DNA from: the human T2T-CHM13v2.0 reference genome, Homo sapiens
Direction: 5' to 3' (one strand)
NCBI RefSeq assembly: GCF_009914755.1
Contig: NC_060926.1
DNA: 64,000 bases
Shown in pieces: positions 63,531-64,000 of the stretch (the stretch's first letter is position 1; every line of letters starts with the position of its first letter). The position numbers and the translations under genes are program-made. The notes under the pieces are model-generated. The model did not search any database and was not told where the DNA came from. It worked only from the letters and a program-made list of their open reading frames with translations.

Positions 63531-64000
63531 CACCCATTGATGGCTCTGTGTGGTGGTCATTGAGCCCTGTCCTATTTCAAAGCCTTGATCAGTTTAGGAG
63601 GCTGTCTTGACCCTGCGCCTCATCACAGGCCTTGGGAAAAGCACTTGTCCTTTGTGTGCCTTAATTTAACTCAGTGAGTCAAGTGCCCCAAGCCTGGAGT
63701 GGTTGGCGTCCCAAGTGCCATTTGAAAAGTGCTTTGATATGAAGTGCCCACAAGGGCTTGCTCTTCTGTTGATAGCAAACCATTTCCATGAAGAAACTTA
63801 AGTGGAAGCTCTGGGAGTGAACGAGTGAAAGGAGTGTTGGCTACAGGCATTTGGATCCAGAGGAGCTTGTCCCACTTTTAGGAGTGATCAGTTGAGGCTT
63901 TTTTCCCCTTGGTAGGTTTAATTTTTGACCAGCAGGTGTACACTGTGGTCCAAGGCCCCGGATTTGGCTCAGAGCTTCATAAATGAGTCAGTGGAGTTTA

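Overview
Primate (most likely human) genomic DNA that is very rich in Alu elements. It contains the complete ACTR2 gene (Arp2 subunit of the Arp2/3 complex) on the + strand. A CpG-island promoter lies at ~13.0-14.0 kb. Nine constitutive coding exons (13585..54402) total 1185 nt (394 aa + stop), and every junction is GT-AG and frame-consistent. A 15-nt alternative microexon (NNKKM) lies in intron 2, and a ~2.5 kb 3'UTR carries three AATAAA signals. The remainder is mostly Alu, L1, L2, MIR, MLT1 and hAT/Tigger relics, and nearly all other ORF-track entries are Alu or L1 artefacts. I found no novel multi-gene system. The best leads are: (i) a repeat-free splicing module in intron 2, with the microexon, a NAGNAG acceptor that could add an in-frame TAG, QKI motifs, and a strong second acceptor opening an in-frame ORF that ends at a poly(A) signal; (ii) exon 4 regenerating a 5' splice site after splicing (RS-exon); (iii) a 52-nt double-hairpin RNA retroposed with an A-tail and TSDs; (iv) locally templated insertions; (v) a G4-hairpin-G4 block in the 3'UTR. 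Repeat boundaries and subfamily calls are by eye and approximate.
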